Shown one piece after another: positions 29,033-39,086 of a DNA stretch of 64,000 nt. The notes under the pieces are model-generated. The model did not search any database, was not told where the DNA came from, and saw only the letters and a list, made by a program, of their open reading frames with translations. The DNA comes from an uncultured Oscillospiraceae bacterium. Its GTDB lineage: Bacteria > Bacillota > Clostridia > Oscillospirales > Acutalibacteraceae. Location of the stretch: NCBI GenBank assembly GCA_900540275.1, contig UQFO01000006.1, forward strand, positions 34,835 to 98,834. The letters run 5' to 3'. A program made the position numbers and the translations under genes. Positions within the stretch are counted from its first letter, which is position 1; every line of letters starts with the position of its first letter.

Positions 29033-31858
29033 ATGTCTTCAAAAAATATCATCGTCAGGGGCGCCAGGGAGCATAACCTCAAAAACATTGACATCGAAAT
29101 CCCGCGCGACAAGCTCGTCGTGCTTACAGGGCTTTCCGGCTCGGGCAAATCGTCGCTTGCGTTCGATACCATCTATGCGGAGGGGCAGCGCCGTTATGTC
29201 GAGTCGCTCTCCTCCTACGCAAGGCAGTTTTTAGGGCAAATGGAAAAGCCGGACGTAGACAACATCGAGGGGCTGTCTCCCGCCATCTCCATCGACCAGA
29301 AAACAACATCGAAAAACCCGCGCTCCACAGTGGGCACGGTAACGGAAATATACGACTACCTGCGCCTTCTGTACGCGCGCATCGGCATTCCGCACTGCCC
29401 GGTATGCGGCAGGGAAATCAAGCAGCAGACCATCGACCAGATTGTCGACCGCGTCCTCGCTTTACCGGAAAAAACAAAGATACAGATTTTAGCGCCCGTT
29501 GTGCGCGCAAGGAAGGGCGAGCACTTGAAGGAGCTCGACGCCGCCAGGAAGAGCGGCTATGTGCGCGTGCGCATCGACGGCATTATCTATGACCTTTCGG
29601 AGCCGGTCACACCGGAAAAGAATAAAAAACATACGATTGAAATTATAGTGGACAGGCTTGTAATAGGAAGTGACATCCGCTCACGTTTGGCCGATTCCAT
29701 CGAAACGGCTTCTTCGCTTACAGGCGGCCTGATTGTCGTCAACGTCATCGACGGCAAGGATTTGGCCTTTTCGCAAAATTATGCCTGTCCGGAGCATGGA
29801 ATCAGCATCGACGAGCTTACGCCGCAGATGTTTTCCTTCAACAACCCGTCCGGCGCATGTAAAAAATGTACGGGCCTGGGCGTGTTTATGAAAATCGACC
29901 CATTGCTTATCCTGCCCGACAAATCTAAATCCATCAACCAGGGCGGCATCAAGGCGAGCGGCTGGGCGATGGAAGGCAGCACGATTGCCGCCATGTATTT
30001 CGAAGCGCTGTCAAAGGCATACAAATTTTCGCTCGACACGCCTGTAGGCGAGCTGCCGGACGAGGTAATCGACGTCCTGCTCTACGGCACAAAGGGCAGG
30101 AAAATTAAGGTTGTGCGCAAAAACGAGTATGGCAGCGGCGTTTACCAGACCGAATTCGAGGGCGTCATCAATAACCTGGAACGCCGTTTCCGCGAAACGC
30201 AGAGCAACTGGATAAAAGAAGAAATCGAGTCGTTTATGAGCGCTATCCCGTGCGACGAGTGCGGCGGGCGCAGGCTGTCGCCTGAAAGCCTGTCGGTGAC
30301 GGTCGGCGGCATTAATATCAGCGAATTTTGTGACTTTTCCATTGTAGACGCGCTTGAATTTATCAATTCGCTCAAGCTTTCCGAGCGCGAAACGATGATA
30401 GCCGAAGCAATCCTGAAGGAAATCAGGGAACGCCTTGGCTTTTTAAACAGCGTAGGCCTAAACTATCTTACGCTTTCGCGCGCGTCCGGCACGCTTTCGG
30501 GCGGCGAGAGCCAGCGCATCCGCCTGGCAACACAGATAGGCTCTTCCCTGATGGGCGTACTCTATATTCTCGACGAGCCGAGTATCGGCCTGCACCAGCG
30601 CGATAATGACAAGCTCCTGAAAACGCTTGAACGCCTGCGCGATTTGGGCAACACCGTCATCGTCGTCGAGCACGATGAAGACACCATGTACGCCGCGGAT
30701 TATATCGTTGATATCGGGCCGGGCGCCGGCGTACACGGCGGCGAGGTCGTCTGCTGCGGTGACGTAAACGAAATCAAGAAGTGCGGCCGCTCCCTGACCG
30801 GCTTGTATTTAAGCGGCAAGCGCAGGGTAGAGGTACCGCAGGAACGCCGCAAGGGCAGCGGCAAAAAGCTGCGCGTTACGGGCGCGCAGCAGAACAACCT
30901 GAAAAACATTACGGTAGATTTCCCGCTGGGCGAATTCGTCTGCGTAACGGGCGTTTCCGGTTCGGGCAAATCGTCGCTCATCAACGAGATTTTATATAAG
31001 CACCTTGCGGCAAACCTAAACGGCGCGAAAACGCGCGCGGGAAAGCATAAGAGCATCACGGGGCTTGAGCATCTCGACAAGGTCATCGATATCAACCAGT
31101 CACCCATCGGCAGGACGCCGCGCTCCAACCCCGCGACCTATACGGGCGTGTTTACCGATATACGCGAGCTGTACGCCTCCACACAGGAAGCAAAGATGCA
31201 CGGCTTTACCTCCAGCCGCTTTTCGTTCAACGTCAAGGGCGGGCGCTGTGAGGCGTGCCAGGGCGACGGCATCTTGAAAATCGAGATGCACTTCCTGCCG
31301 GACGTCTACGTCCCCTGCGAGGTCTGTAAGGGCAAGCGTTACAACAGGGAAACGCTTGAAATCAAGTACAAGGGCAAAAGCATCCACGACGTGCTGGAAA
31401 TGACGGTCGAGGAAGGGCTTGAATTTTTCAGCAGCATCCCGAAAATCGAGCGCAAGCTCCGCACACTGTGCGACGTGGGGCTCGGCTATGTTAAAATTGG
31501 GCAGCCCGCTACCACGCTTTCAGGCGGCGAGGCGCAGCGCGTCAAGCTTGCGACAGAGCTTTCCAAGCGCTCGACAGGCCGGACGATTTATATTCTCGAC
31601 GAGCCGACGACCGGCCTGCACATTGCGGACGTCCATAAGCTTATTGACGTGCTGCAAAAGCTTGTTGACAGCGGAAACACAGTTGTGGTCATCGAGCATA
31701 ACCTCGACCTCATCAAAACGGCCGACCATATCATCGATTTGGGGCCGGAGGGCGGCGACAAGGGCGGCTTCATCGTCGCGCAGGGCACGCCGGAGCAGGT
31801 TGCGAAGTGTGAAGAATCATACACGGGGCAGTATCTGAAAAAATTCCTTGAGAAATAA
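29033..31858 (+). CDS. uvrA: Excinuclease ABC subunit A
   Basis: Two ABC modules ([22 protein letters not shown]), zinc-finger Cys pairs, 941 aa. Confidence 0.97.
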   Translation: MSSKNIIVRGAREHNLKNIDIEIPRDKLVVLTGLSGSGKSSLAFDTIYAEGQRRYVESLSSYARQFLGQMEKPDVDNIEGLSPAISIDQKTTSKNPRSTVGTVTEIYDYLRLLYARIGIPHCPVCGREIKQQTIDQIVDRVLALPEKTKIQILAPVVRARKGEHLKELDAARKSGYVRVRIDGIIYDLSEPVTPEKNKKHTIEIIVDRLVIGSDIRSRLADSIETASSLTGGLIVVNVIDGKDLAFSQNYACPEHGISIDELTPQMFSFNNPSGACKKCTGLGVFMKIDPLLILPDKSKSINQGGIKASGWAMEGSTIAAMYFEALSKAYKFSLDTPVGELPDEVIDVLLYGTKGRKIKVVRKNEYGSGVYQTEFEGVINNLERRFRETQSNWIKEEIESFMSAIPCDECGGRRLSPESLSVTVGGINISEFCDFSIVDALEFINSLKLSERETMIAEAILKEIRERLGFLNSVGLNYLTLSRASGTLSGGESQRIRLATQIGSSLMGVLYILDEPSIGLHQRDNDKLLKTLERLRDLGNTVIVVEHDEDTMYAADYIVDIGPGAGVHGGEVVCCGDVNEIKKCGRSLTGLYLSGKRRVEVPQERRKGSGKKLRVTGAQQNNLKNITVDFPLGEFVCVTGVSGSGKSSLINEILYKHLAANLNGAKTRAGKHKSITGLEHLDKVIDINQSPIGRTPRSNPATYTGVFTDIRELYASTQEAKMHGFTSSRFSFNVKGGRCEACQGDGILKIEMHFLPDVYVPCEVCKGKRYNRETLEIKYKGKSIHDVLEMTVEEGLEFFSSIPKIERKLRTLCDVGLGYVKIGQPATTLSGGEAQRVKLATELSKRSTGRTIYILDEPTTGLHIADVHKLIDVLQKLVDSGNTVVVIEHNLDLIKTADHIIDLGPEGGDKGGFIVAQGTPEQVAKCEESYTGQYLKKFLEK

Positions 31859-31900
31859 GCTTCTCTGTTCGGCAGGGCAGAAGGGAAGGAGTTTGACCTG

Positions 31901-32569
31901 ATGTGCAATCCATCCGCTTTTTGCGCAGGGGAATACGACGAACAAATCAAACGGACGCTCCCTTTTTATGAAGAATTTTATAATCAGGCGGTACGTGCCG
32001 CGGCGGCGTTGGGTAAAACCGGCCTTAATTGGCTGGACGTCGGCTGCGGAACAGGTAAAATGGCAGAGTCGGCTTACCGCCGGCTTGATATCGGCCGGTT
32101 TGTGTTCTGCGACATCTCGCGGGAGATGCTACAAACGGCGAAAGACAGGTTTTCCTCTTTTTCCGGCACACAATTCATTTTGTGTCCGGCACAGGAGCTT
32201 GCTTTCCATGAGGAATTCGACGTGGCGACGGCAATCCAGGTCAACCATTATCTCAGCCGCGGCGACAGGCGCAGCTCGGTAAAAAACTGTTTTAACGCGC
32301 TCAAAAGCGGCGGGCTTTTCCTCTCGTTTGAAAATTTTGCACCGTACAGCCAAATGGGAAAAGAGCTGTATCTGGAAAGATGGCGACGCTTCCAGCTGGA
32401 AAACGGCAGGGGAGCTGCGGAAAGCAGGGCGCATATGGAACGGTATGGAAATGCGTATTTTCCTATCACGATAACAGAGCATTTGGAGCTCCTGAGAGAA
32501 TGCGGCTTCCGCTGTGCGGAGCTGTTCTGGGCTTCCTATATGCAGGCCGGGCTGCTGGGAATAAAATAA
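31901..32569 (+). CDS. Class I SAM-dependent methyltransferase
   Basis: Motif I LDVGCGTGKM. AAGGAG lies 8 nt upstream of the ATG. Confidence 0.75.
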   Translation: MCNPSAFCAGEYDEQIKRTLPFYEEFYNQAVRAAAALGKTGLNWLDVGCGTGKMAESAYRRLDIGRFVFCDISREMLQTAKDRFSSFSGTQFILCPAQELAFHEEFDVATAIQVNHYLSRGDRRSSVKNCFNALKSGGLFLSFENFAPYSQMGKELYLERWRRFQLENGRGAAESRAHMERYGNAYFPITITEHLELLRECGFRCAELFWASYMQAGLLGIK

Positions 32570-32790
32570 AAGGCAAACACGGCGGGCGGTTCCGGGCGGA
32601 GCCGCCTGTTTTAAAAGCGGGCCCAGGCAAACTCGGCCGGCTGCCCGCGCCTTTTTAGGCTTATGTAATATGAAAACCGGCACAATAAAATTGACTTTCC
32701 CTTTCCGCGGTGCTACTCTTTGAGCAGAAGGCCGTTCGTTTTGGAAAAGAAGCATCAAAGTGCAACATGCGTCAGGAAAGAGGAGAGAGA

Positions 32791-33516
32791 ATGCCGATAT
32801 ATAAAAAAGAGGCGGCTCCAAATAAAAAGAGAAGGCGCGTTTTGCGTGCTTTTTTCGCCCTTGTGATTCTTTGCGCTGCGGTATGGGGGATTGCCGCGCT
32901 TGCTGACAGCATGGACAGCGCGCAGCTTTCGGTTCCATATATCACGCAGGAGGGATTGCTGCCGACCGGCTGCGAAACGGTCAGCGCCATGATGGCGCTA
33001 TCCTATCTGGGCGTGGACGCAAGCGCTCAGGACATCCTTTCCCATATGGTAATTGGTGAGCTGAAACCGAAAGGCGGCGGATATACCGCGCCCAGCCCGG
33101 ATGAGGCGTTTATCGGCGACCCATACAGCGAAAGCGGCTACGGCTGCTACCCGCCGGTGATTGTCCGCGCGCTTGAGGACTTGGTGCCCGAAGGGATGCG
33201 GCCGGCCGATACGACGGGCCTATCGCTCAAACAGCTTGCGCGTGAATATGTGAAAAACGGAACGCCTGTCCTCGTTTGGGCGACGGTCGATATGCAGCCC
33301 GCCGCAGAGGGCGCACAATGGCTTGTTCCATCCACAGGGGAGCTTTTTACATGGCCAAGGGGAGAGCACTGCCTGCTTTTGACCGGGTACGACAGGTTTT
33401 ATTATTATTTCAACGACCCATATGAAAACAGGGGACGTATTGCCTACCCGAAGGAACAGGTAAACGCGCGTTTTACGGAGCTTGGCTCAAAAAGCGCGGC
33501 GATTATTAAAAAATAG
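32791..33516 (+). CDS. Membrane-anchored C39-like (papain-fold) cysteine peptidase domain protein
   Basis: The ATG at 32791 follows AGGAGAG. N-terminal TM anchor, then LLPTGCETVSAMMAL (candidate catalytic Cys) and a later GEHCLLLTGYD (candidate His). Confidence 0.6.
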   Translation: MPIYKKEAAPNKKRRRVLRAFFALVILCAAVWGIAALADSMDSAQLSVPYITQEGLLPTGCETVSAMMALSYLGVDASAQDILSHMVIGELKPKGGGYTAPSPDEAFIGDPYSESGYGCYPPVIVRALEDLVPEGMRPADTTGLSLKQLAREYVKNGTPVLVWATVDMQPAAEGAQWLVPSTGELFTWPRGEHCLLLTGYDRFYYYFNDPYENRGRIAYPKEQVNARFTELGSKSAAIIKK

Positions 33517-33572
33517 AACGGTAAGGCGTGATATGGCAAATCAGGTTTAACAGGTTTAAGAGGTGGCAAGCT

Positions 33573-33719
33573 ATGAAAATTTTAAGCTTCGCGTTGTATT
33601 TAGTGGGGATATGCTTTTGTATTGCGGGTTTTACAGGCCATCTCCAGGCGTTTGCCGGTGCGGCCTTGAGCTTTTTTGCGGCGACAATGATATTGGTAAA
33701 AAAGGCGAAAAATAAATAG
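33573..33719 (+). CDS. Small two-TM membrane protein (48 aa)
   Basis: AAGAGGTGG RBS precedes the ATG at 33573. Sequence MKILSFALYLVGICFCIAGF...AALSFFAATMILVKKAKNK. Confidence 0.45.
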   Translation: MKILSFALYLVGICFCIAGFTGHLQAFAGAALSFFAATMILVKKAKNK

Positions 33720-33782
33720 CGCAAATCTGAGCAGCGGGAAAGCGTATACTGAAAAAATGAAACCTGAGAGGTTTATTTATAT

Positions 33783-34607
33783 ATGAAGATACATCTGAAA
33801 AATGACAGGCTGTGGGAACAAACGAAGGCAGATTGTTCGAAATGCGCAGGACTCTGCTGTACAGCCCTGTTTTTCTCAAAGACAGACGGGTTTCCTCAGA
33901 ATAAAGCCGCGGGCGTACCATGTATCAATTTGCTTGGGAATTATCGCTGCAAAATACATTCATGCCTGGAACAGCAAAAAATGAAGGGCTGTATCGGATA
34001 TGATTGTTTTGGCGCGGGACAGCAGGTAACGCAGGTTGTTTACAAAGGGAAAGCATGGAGGGATTTACCGGAACAGGCTGCCGAAATATTCGATGTGTTT
34101 ACGGTTCTTTTTCAAATACAGCAAATTAGGTATTTTTTAACTGAGGCGCTGACGCTCAATCCCGCAGCCCCTTACAAGCGTGATGTTCAGGATATGATGG
34201 ACCAAAATATTATAATCTGCAGCGGCTCTCCGGACGATATCTTGTGTTTTGACGTGGACGCATATCGAAACAGCGTAAATACGGTTTTAAAGCAAATTTG
34301 CGCCTTGCTGCGGCAGAATTTACATAGTAAAGGGAAGCGCAGCCCGAAAAGCTTTTTAGGAAAGGCATTTAAAGGAGAAGATTTGAGCTGGCTGGATTTC
34401 AGCACGAAGCTTTTGATTGCGGCCGACTTTACGGGATGTACCTTTGATGGAACAATTTTTCTTGGCGCCGATACAAGGGATGCAAATTTCACAAGCGCGG
34501 ATTTACGGGAAGCGGTTTTTCTTACTCAGGGGCAAATCAACTCCGCAAAGGGCAGCCGTGATACAAAAATACCGGGCCATCTGGATTACCCAGCTACATG
34601 GAAGTAA
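33783..34607 (+). CDS. Cys-cluster (YkgJ/UPF0153-like CxxCxxxCC) domain fused to C-terminal pentapeptide repeats
   Basis: The N-terminus has CSKCAGLCCT...CINL...CKIHSC...C. The C-terminus has ADFTGCTFDGTIFLGADTRDANFTSADLREAVF. Confidence 0.6.
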   Translation: MKIHLKNDRLWEQTKADCSKCAGLCCTALFFSKTDGFPQNKAAGVPCINLLGNYRCKIHSCLEQQKMKGCIGYDCFGAGQQVTQVVYKGKAWRDLPEQAAEIFDVFTVLFQIQQIRYFLTEALTLNPAAPYKRDVQDMMDQNIIICSGSPDDILCFDVDAYRNSVNTVLKQICALLRQNLHSKGKRSPKSFLGKAFKGEDLSWLDFSTKLLIAADFTGCTFDGTIFLGADTRDANFTSADLREAVFLTQGQINSAKGSRDTKIPGHLDYPATWK

Positions 34608-34681
34608 TATAACGCTTCCGCCATAGGGCGCCGGTTTATTTTATAAACGCCGCCGGAACAAGGAAGATTCTATATAAAGAC

Positions 34682-34720
34682 AAAAACCCCCGAAACGCAT
34701 AGCCGTTTCGGGGGTTTTAT
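34682..34720. terminator. Bidirectional intrinsic terminator
   Basis: AAAAACCCCCGAAACG-CATAGC-CGTTTCGGGGGTTTT between convergent genes. Confidence 0.8.
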
Positions 34721-34740
34721 ACCAGTTTAAAAAATCCGTG

Positions 34741-35961
34741 TTACGCCGCCGCGCTGGAAGACAGGTTTTCATGGCTTTGCTTTAGCACGCGCTTCATCAT
34801 TTTGGCAACATCGGTGTTGTCGATAAGCTCTTTGTCAAACAGCGTATCGGCCTGCGCGCCCGCCGCGAAAATGCCGACTGGTGTGCTGGTGTGTTCGCCG
34901 CCTGAGGTGAACAGGTCGCTTGTAAGGTCTTTCGCGGTCGCGCCCTCAGGAATTTTTACGCCGCCCGTTTCATGGTCGGCCGTAACAATGACGAGCGTAC
35001 CCGGGTGCTTGGAAGCGTAATCGAGCACCGTGTCGATTGCGTGGTCGAACACCTTCATTTCATTTAAGGTCGCGTCCATGTCGAGCAGCGCCTCGCGCGT
35101 GTCGATATCGGAGCCCTCAACCATCAGGAAAAAGCCGTTGTCGTTTTCAAGCAGCTCAAGCGCTTTTCTTGTTTCTGTCTCGAGCGACGGTTTGTAGCCC
35201 GCGAGAATGTTCTCATACCGGAACATGCCAAGCACCTTTTTGCCGGGCTTGAGCGCATCAAGCTCAGCGGGTGTGGAAACATAAGTATAATCGTGTTCTT
35301 CGATGAGCTTTTTCACGCCCTTCCTGTAAAACTGCTGCCCGCCGCCGAGCATCACGTCGATGTCGGCCTTGAGCTGCTGGCCCAGAATCTGCATAAAGGC
35401 GTCCCGGTTCCCCACGTGCGCCGTAAATCCCGCGGGCGTTGCGTGCGCCACGTGCTCTGTCACGGCAAAGCCGACCTTCATGCCATAGCCCTTTGCGGCC
35501 TCTGTAATGCTTTCCACAGGGTCGTTGTCTTTATCCACGCCAATATATTTGTTGTACGTTTTGACACCGCAGGCAAGCGCTGTCGCGGCGGCGGCGCTGT
35601 CTGTTGTACCCGAGAGGGAGTCGGTTGTGACCTGCGCCGTATAGGGCATGGCGGCGGTTGCAAATTTACCGCCCTTCTGGATTTCAGCACATTTGATGGC
35701 GTTCAGGCCCATGCCGTCGCCAATCATCAAAATAATGTTCTTTACAGGTACGCCGGTTTCCAGCTTGTAATCTTTAAATTCCGCGTAGGTAAGATTTTTG
35801 TCTTTCACGTCGTCGGGATTTTCCGTCGCTGCCTCCGTCGCCTGCGCGGACGAGCCCGGCTGCGATGCATTTGCGGGCTGCGCGCTGCCGTCGCAGGAGG
35901 CAAGCGCCGCCGCGCTCAAAACGATGAGCGCCGAGAGAATGGTTGCCAATGCTTTCTTCAT
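34741..35961 (-). CDS. Alkaline phosphatase (lipoprotein)
   Basis: Lipobox LASC, metal-site motif LMIGDGMG and active-site motif TDSAAAATALACG. Confidence 0.88.
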   Translation of the reverse strand: MKKALATILSALIVLSAAALASCDGSAQPANASQPGSSAQATEAATENPDDVKDKNLTYAEFKDYKLETGVPVKNIILMIGDGMGLNAIKCAEIQKGGKFATAAMPYTAQVTTDSLSGTTDSAAAATALACGVKTYNKYIGVDKDNDPVESITEAAKGYGMKVGFAVTEHVAHATPAGFTAHVGNRDAFMQILGQQLKADIDVMLGGGQQFYRKGVKKLIEEHDYTYVSTPAELDALKPGKKVLGMFRYENILAGYKPSLETETRKALELLENDNGFFLMVEGSDIDTREALLDMDATLNEMKVFDHAIDTVLDYASKHPGTLVIVTADHETGGVKIPEGATAKDLTSDLFTSGGEHTSTPVGIFAAGAQADTLFDKELIDNTDVAKMMKRVLKQSHENLSSSAAA

Positions 35962-36007
35962 GGTTCTTTCCTTCCTTTATTATGATGATAGGAGCTGCAT
36001 AAAAGCA

Positions 36008-36565
36008 TCAATCCCAGTCGGTGAGCCTGTCGCCCGTTACGAGAAAGGCGCTTGACGCAATGTCGCGAAGCGGGCGGTCGCTCTGGGAGTCCGAATAAAA
36101 CGCATCAATTTGCCCTTGCGGAAACATCTCGTAAAAACGGCGGACCTTTTCCGTCCCATGACAATTAACGCCCGAGTACACACCCGTTATCGGGTCGACC
36201 TCGGACGCTATTAAAAAACGCACCCCGAGCTCAGCGCAGATTGGTTCGAGCAGAAAACGCGGGGAAGCGGAGATAATTACGTCGTCCTCCCGTTTCTGAA
36301 GCAAATACCATGTTTTAATTTTATGGCGGTTTTTGCCCCAAAATGCGGGTACGTCCCTTTGTATGTCCACGCAGCTTAAAAACGTGTACATTTTCTGCTT
36401 GAACTGTGTTTTTGTGCAGCTTTTTGAAATATAGTGCGAAAAAGCGCCCGTCAGGGCGTTCGGCACATATTTCAGCATCTCTGGGTGTTTAATTAGAGAA
36501 TACAAATAAAAATCCCTGGTGCTGTCGCCGTTATATATCGTTTTGTCGAAATCGTAAACGTTCAC
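36008..36565 (-). CDS. HAD-IB family hydrolase
   Basis: Motif I YDFDKTIY and C-terminal YSDSQSD. Confidence 0.65.
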   Translation of the reverse strand: MNVYDFDKTIYNGDSTRDFYLYSLIKHPEMLKYVPNALTGAFSHYISKSCTKTQFKQKMYTFLSCVDIQRDVPAFWGKNRHKIKTWYLLQKREDDVIISASPRFLLEPICAELGVRFLIASEVDPITGVYSGVNCHGTEKVRRFYEMFPQGQIDAFYSDSQSDRPLRDIASSAFLVTGDRLTDWD

Positions 36566-36719
36566 ACTACCACCAGAATTCCTATTATTGTCTTATTATA
36601 ATATTGATTACAGATTTTTACAAGGCAAAAAGCTGTTAAAATTTACAATTAGTTAATTTTAATCGCCGGAAAGTATTGTAGAATAAGAAAAAGAAAATAA
36701 TAAAAGGGAGAAAATTTTT

Positions 36720-37667
36720 TTGTTCGGATATATCAAGCCCTACCAGCCGGATTTGCGCATCAAAGAATATGAAGCGTACAAGGGTGTATATTGCGGGCTG
36801 TGCAAGCGCCTCGGTAAGGATTATGGGATTCTCTCCCGTTTTATCCTGAGCTACGACTGCACGTTTTACGCAATGGTACGCGTAAGCCTTATGGGCGAAT
36901 GCCCAGGCTTCGAGCAGGGCAGGTGCACGTTCAACCCGCTGAAAAAATGCACCTTCTGCAAGGGCTCGCAGGAAACGCTAAGGGAAGCGGCGGCGCTCAG
37001 CGTCGTGACTTTTTACTACAAGCTGCTCGACGACATCGCGGACGAACCCTTTTTGAAGGCCCTTTTTAAAAAGCTGCTGAAGCCCATAGCGGGGCGCTGG
37101 CGCAAAAAGGCGCTGAAGGAATTTTCACCGCTCGACGAGATTGTTTCCCAAATGCTTCAGGAACAGCTTGCGGCGGAGCAAACGCCCGGATGCTCCCTGG
37201 ACCGTGCGGCTGATCCCACTGCGCACATGATGCAGCGGCTGATGGGGCGCATGGCGGAAAATGAAACGCAGCGGAAGGTTTACTCCCACTTCGGCTATTA
37301 TCTGGGAAAATGGATTTATTTAATTGATGCGGCAGATGATATGGAAAAGGACAAAAAAAGCGGAAGCTTCAACCCGTTTTTAAAGGAGCTTGAGGGGAGG
37401 CGGGCGCCTCTTGCAAAAGAGGAGGAAAGCCGGTACTGCAACGAGGTTTTAAACTGTAACGTCAGTATGATGCTTTCGGCCTTTCACCTGATGGAGCTTC
37501 ACGTGTTTCGGGAAATCATCGAAAATATTACAGGACCCGGAATCGCGCAGATGCAGAAAAAGGTTTTGTTTGATAAACGGGAGGTTTCTCCCAAACAAAT
37601 TAGGGAAGAAAAGATGGAAGAACCGGCGCCGTCCGTTGACGGTACGGATACCGGTATAAAGGGGTAA
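36720..37667 (+). CDS. Conserved clostridial protein (DUF5685-like, from memory) with N-terminal CGLC and two Asp-rich motifs
   Basis: TTG start 9 nt after AGGGAG. Motifs GYIKPY...YCGLCK, YKLLDDIADE and LIDAADDMEKD. Confidence 0.55.
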   Translation: MFGYIKPYQPDLRIKEYEAYKGVYCGLCKRLGKDYGILSRFILSYDCTFYAMVRVSLMGECPGFEQGRCTFNPLKKCTFCKGSQETLREAAALSVVTFYYKLLDDIADEPFLKALFKKLLKPIAGRWRKKALKEFSPLDEIVSQMLQEQLAAEQTPGCSLDRAADPTAHMMQRLMGRMAENETQRKVYSHFGYYLGKWIYLIDAADDMEKDKKSGSFNPFLKELEGRRAPLAKEEESRYCNEVLNCNVSMMLSAFHLMELHVFREIIENITGPGIAQMQKKVLFDKREVSPKQIREEKMEEPAPSVDGTDTGIKG

Positions 37668-37676
37668 GAAAAGTAT

Positions 37677-38315
37677 ATGCAGCAGGATCCATATCAGGTT
37701 TTGGGTGTTTCCAGGGAAGCCACCGACGAAGAAATCAAGACGGCTTACCGGAATCTTGCAAAAAAATATCATCCGGACAATTACACGGACACGCCGCTTT
37801 CTGACGTTGCTTCGGAGAAAATGAAAGAAATCAACGAGGCGTACGACACCGTAATGAACGCGCGCAGAAACGGCGGGAACGCGGGGAATCCGGGCGGCGG
37901 GTACGGCGGCTATTACAACGCAAACCCGGGGTACGGCTCATCCTCGAAGTATTCGGACGTCAGGGTGCTCATCCAGACCGGCCGCCTTGCCGACGCGGAG
38001 CAGATTCTCGATGGGGTGCCCGCCCAGGGGCGCGACGCTGAATGGCATTTCCTCAAAGGCACAATCATGCTTAAAAAGGGCTGGACGGAAGAGGCGTATA
38101 AGCACATGCAGACGGCGTGCGCCATGGACCCGGGCAACGGGGAATACAGGCAGGCGATGGGCTACGTACAGAGCAGGAGAGGCGGAGCCTACGGCGGATA
38201 CAATACCCAGCAGCCGGTCGGCGGAGGATGCTCGACCTGCGATTTATGTTCGGGCCTTTGCTGCGCGGATTGCTGCTGCGAGTGCATGGGCGGGGATTTG
38301 ATTCCCTGCTGTTAA
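37677..38315 (+). CDS. J-domain protein with a TPR-like middle region and a C-terminal poly-Cys tail
   Basis: J domain [32 protein letters not shown]-terminus [28 protein letters not shown]. Confidence 0.85.
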   Translation: MQQDPYQVLGVSREATDEEIKTAYRNLAKKYHPDNYTDTPLSDVASEKMKEINEAYDTVMNARRNGGNAGNPGGGYGGYYNANPGYGSSSKYSDVRVLIQTGRLADAEQILDGVPAQGRDAEWHFLKGTIMLKKGWTEEAYKHMQTACAMDPGNGEYRQAMGYVQSRRGGAYGGYNTQQPVGGGCSTCDLCSGLCCADCCCECMGGDLIPCC

Positions 38316-38369
38316 AAAGAAACGCAAGGGAACGTGAAAGCGTTCCCTTTTTTATGGAGGAATGTCGCG

Positions 38370-38909
38370 ATGAACAAAAGCTTCCAGGTAGCGCTCGGCG
38401 GCGTAATGGCCGCGCTGAGCCTTGCAATTATGCTCCTGACCGGGTTTATCCCAATAGGAACCTACGCATGCCCTGCCCTTGCGGGAATCCTTTTAATCGC
38501 CGTTGTGATTGAGCTCGGCGCAAAATGGGCGTGGGCGGTGTTCGCGGCCATTTCCATCCTGTCGCTGTTTTTCGCGGGAGACAAGGAGGCCGCGCTCTAT
38601 TTCGTCATGTTCTTCGGCTTTTACCCCATTCTCAAGGCAAGGATAGAAACGCTCGCAAAAAAGTGGCCGCAGCGTATTTTAAAGCTTGCGGTGTTCAATG
38701 CCAGTATGGTCGCCGCGTTTTTCCTCGCGCTCTATGTATTTTCCGTTCCGGCCGGCGAATTTGTCATTTTCGGTATTTATATCCCATGGCTGTTTTTGCT
38801 TGCGGGCAATGTGTTTTTCATCGTCTACGATATAGCCGTTACAAGGCTAGTTATATTGTATGTCCGCGTATGGAGGAAGCATTTGTTTAAGGGAATCAGG
38901 AAGCAGTAA
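38370..38909 (+). CDS. Polytopic membrane protein (about 5 TM helices), function unknown
   Basis: The ATG at 38370 follows GGAGG. Hydrophobic helices throughout. Confidence 0.55.
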   Translation: MNKSFQVALGGVMAALSLAIMLLTGFIPIGTYACPALAGILLIAVVIELGAKWAWAVFAAISILSLFFAGDKEAALYFVMFFGFYPILKARIETLAKKWPQRILKLAVFNASMVAAFFLALYVFSVPAGEFVIFGIYIPWLFLLAGNVFFIVYDIAVTRLVILYVRVWRKHLFKGIRKQ

Positions 38910-38990
38910 GGAATTTATGTCAATTTTGTAATAAATCGAGGGCGTTTTCTTGTCATATCCACCTAAATTACAAACAGTATAGTTAAAAAC

Positions 38991-39019
38991 TTGTCATTTT
39001 TTGAATCGGATAGTATAAT
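38991..39019 (+). promoter_or_regulatory. Sigma-A-type promoter of the surface lysozyme gene
   Basis: TTGTCA (38991-38996), 17-nt spacer, TATAAT (39014-39019). Confidence 0.55.
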
Positions 39020-39086
39020 AAAGCTTGAACCTTAATTTTATTTTTCCGCACGGCTGCGGGAAAATTTCAGGAAAGGAGCGCCAAGG

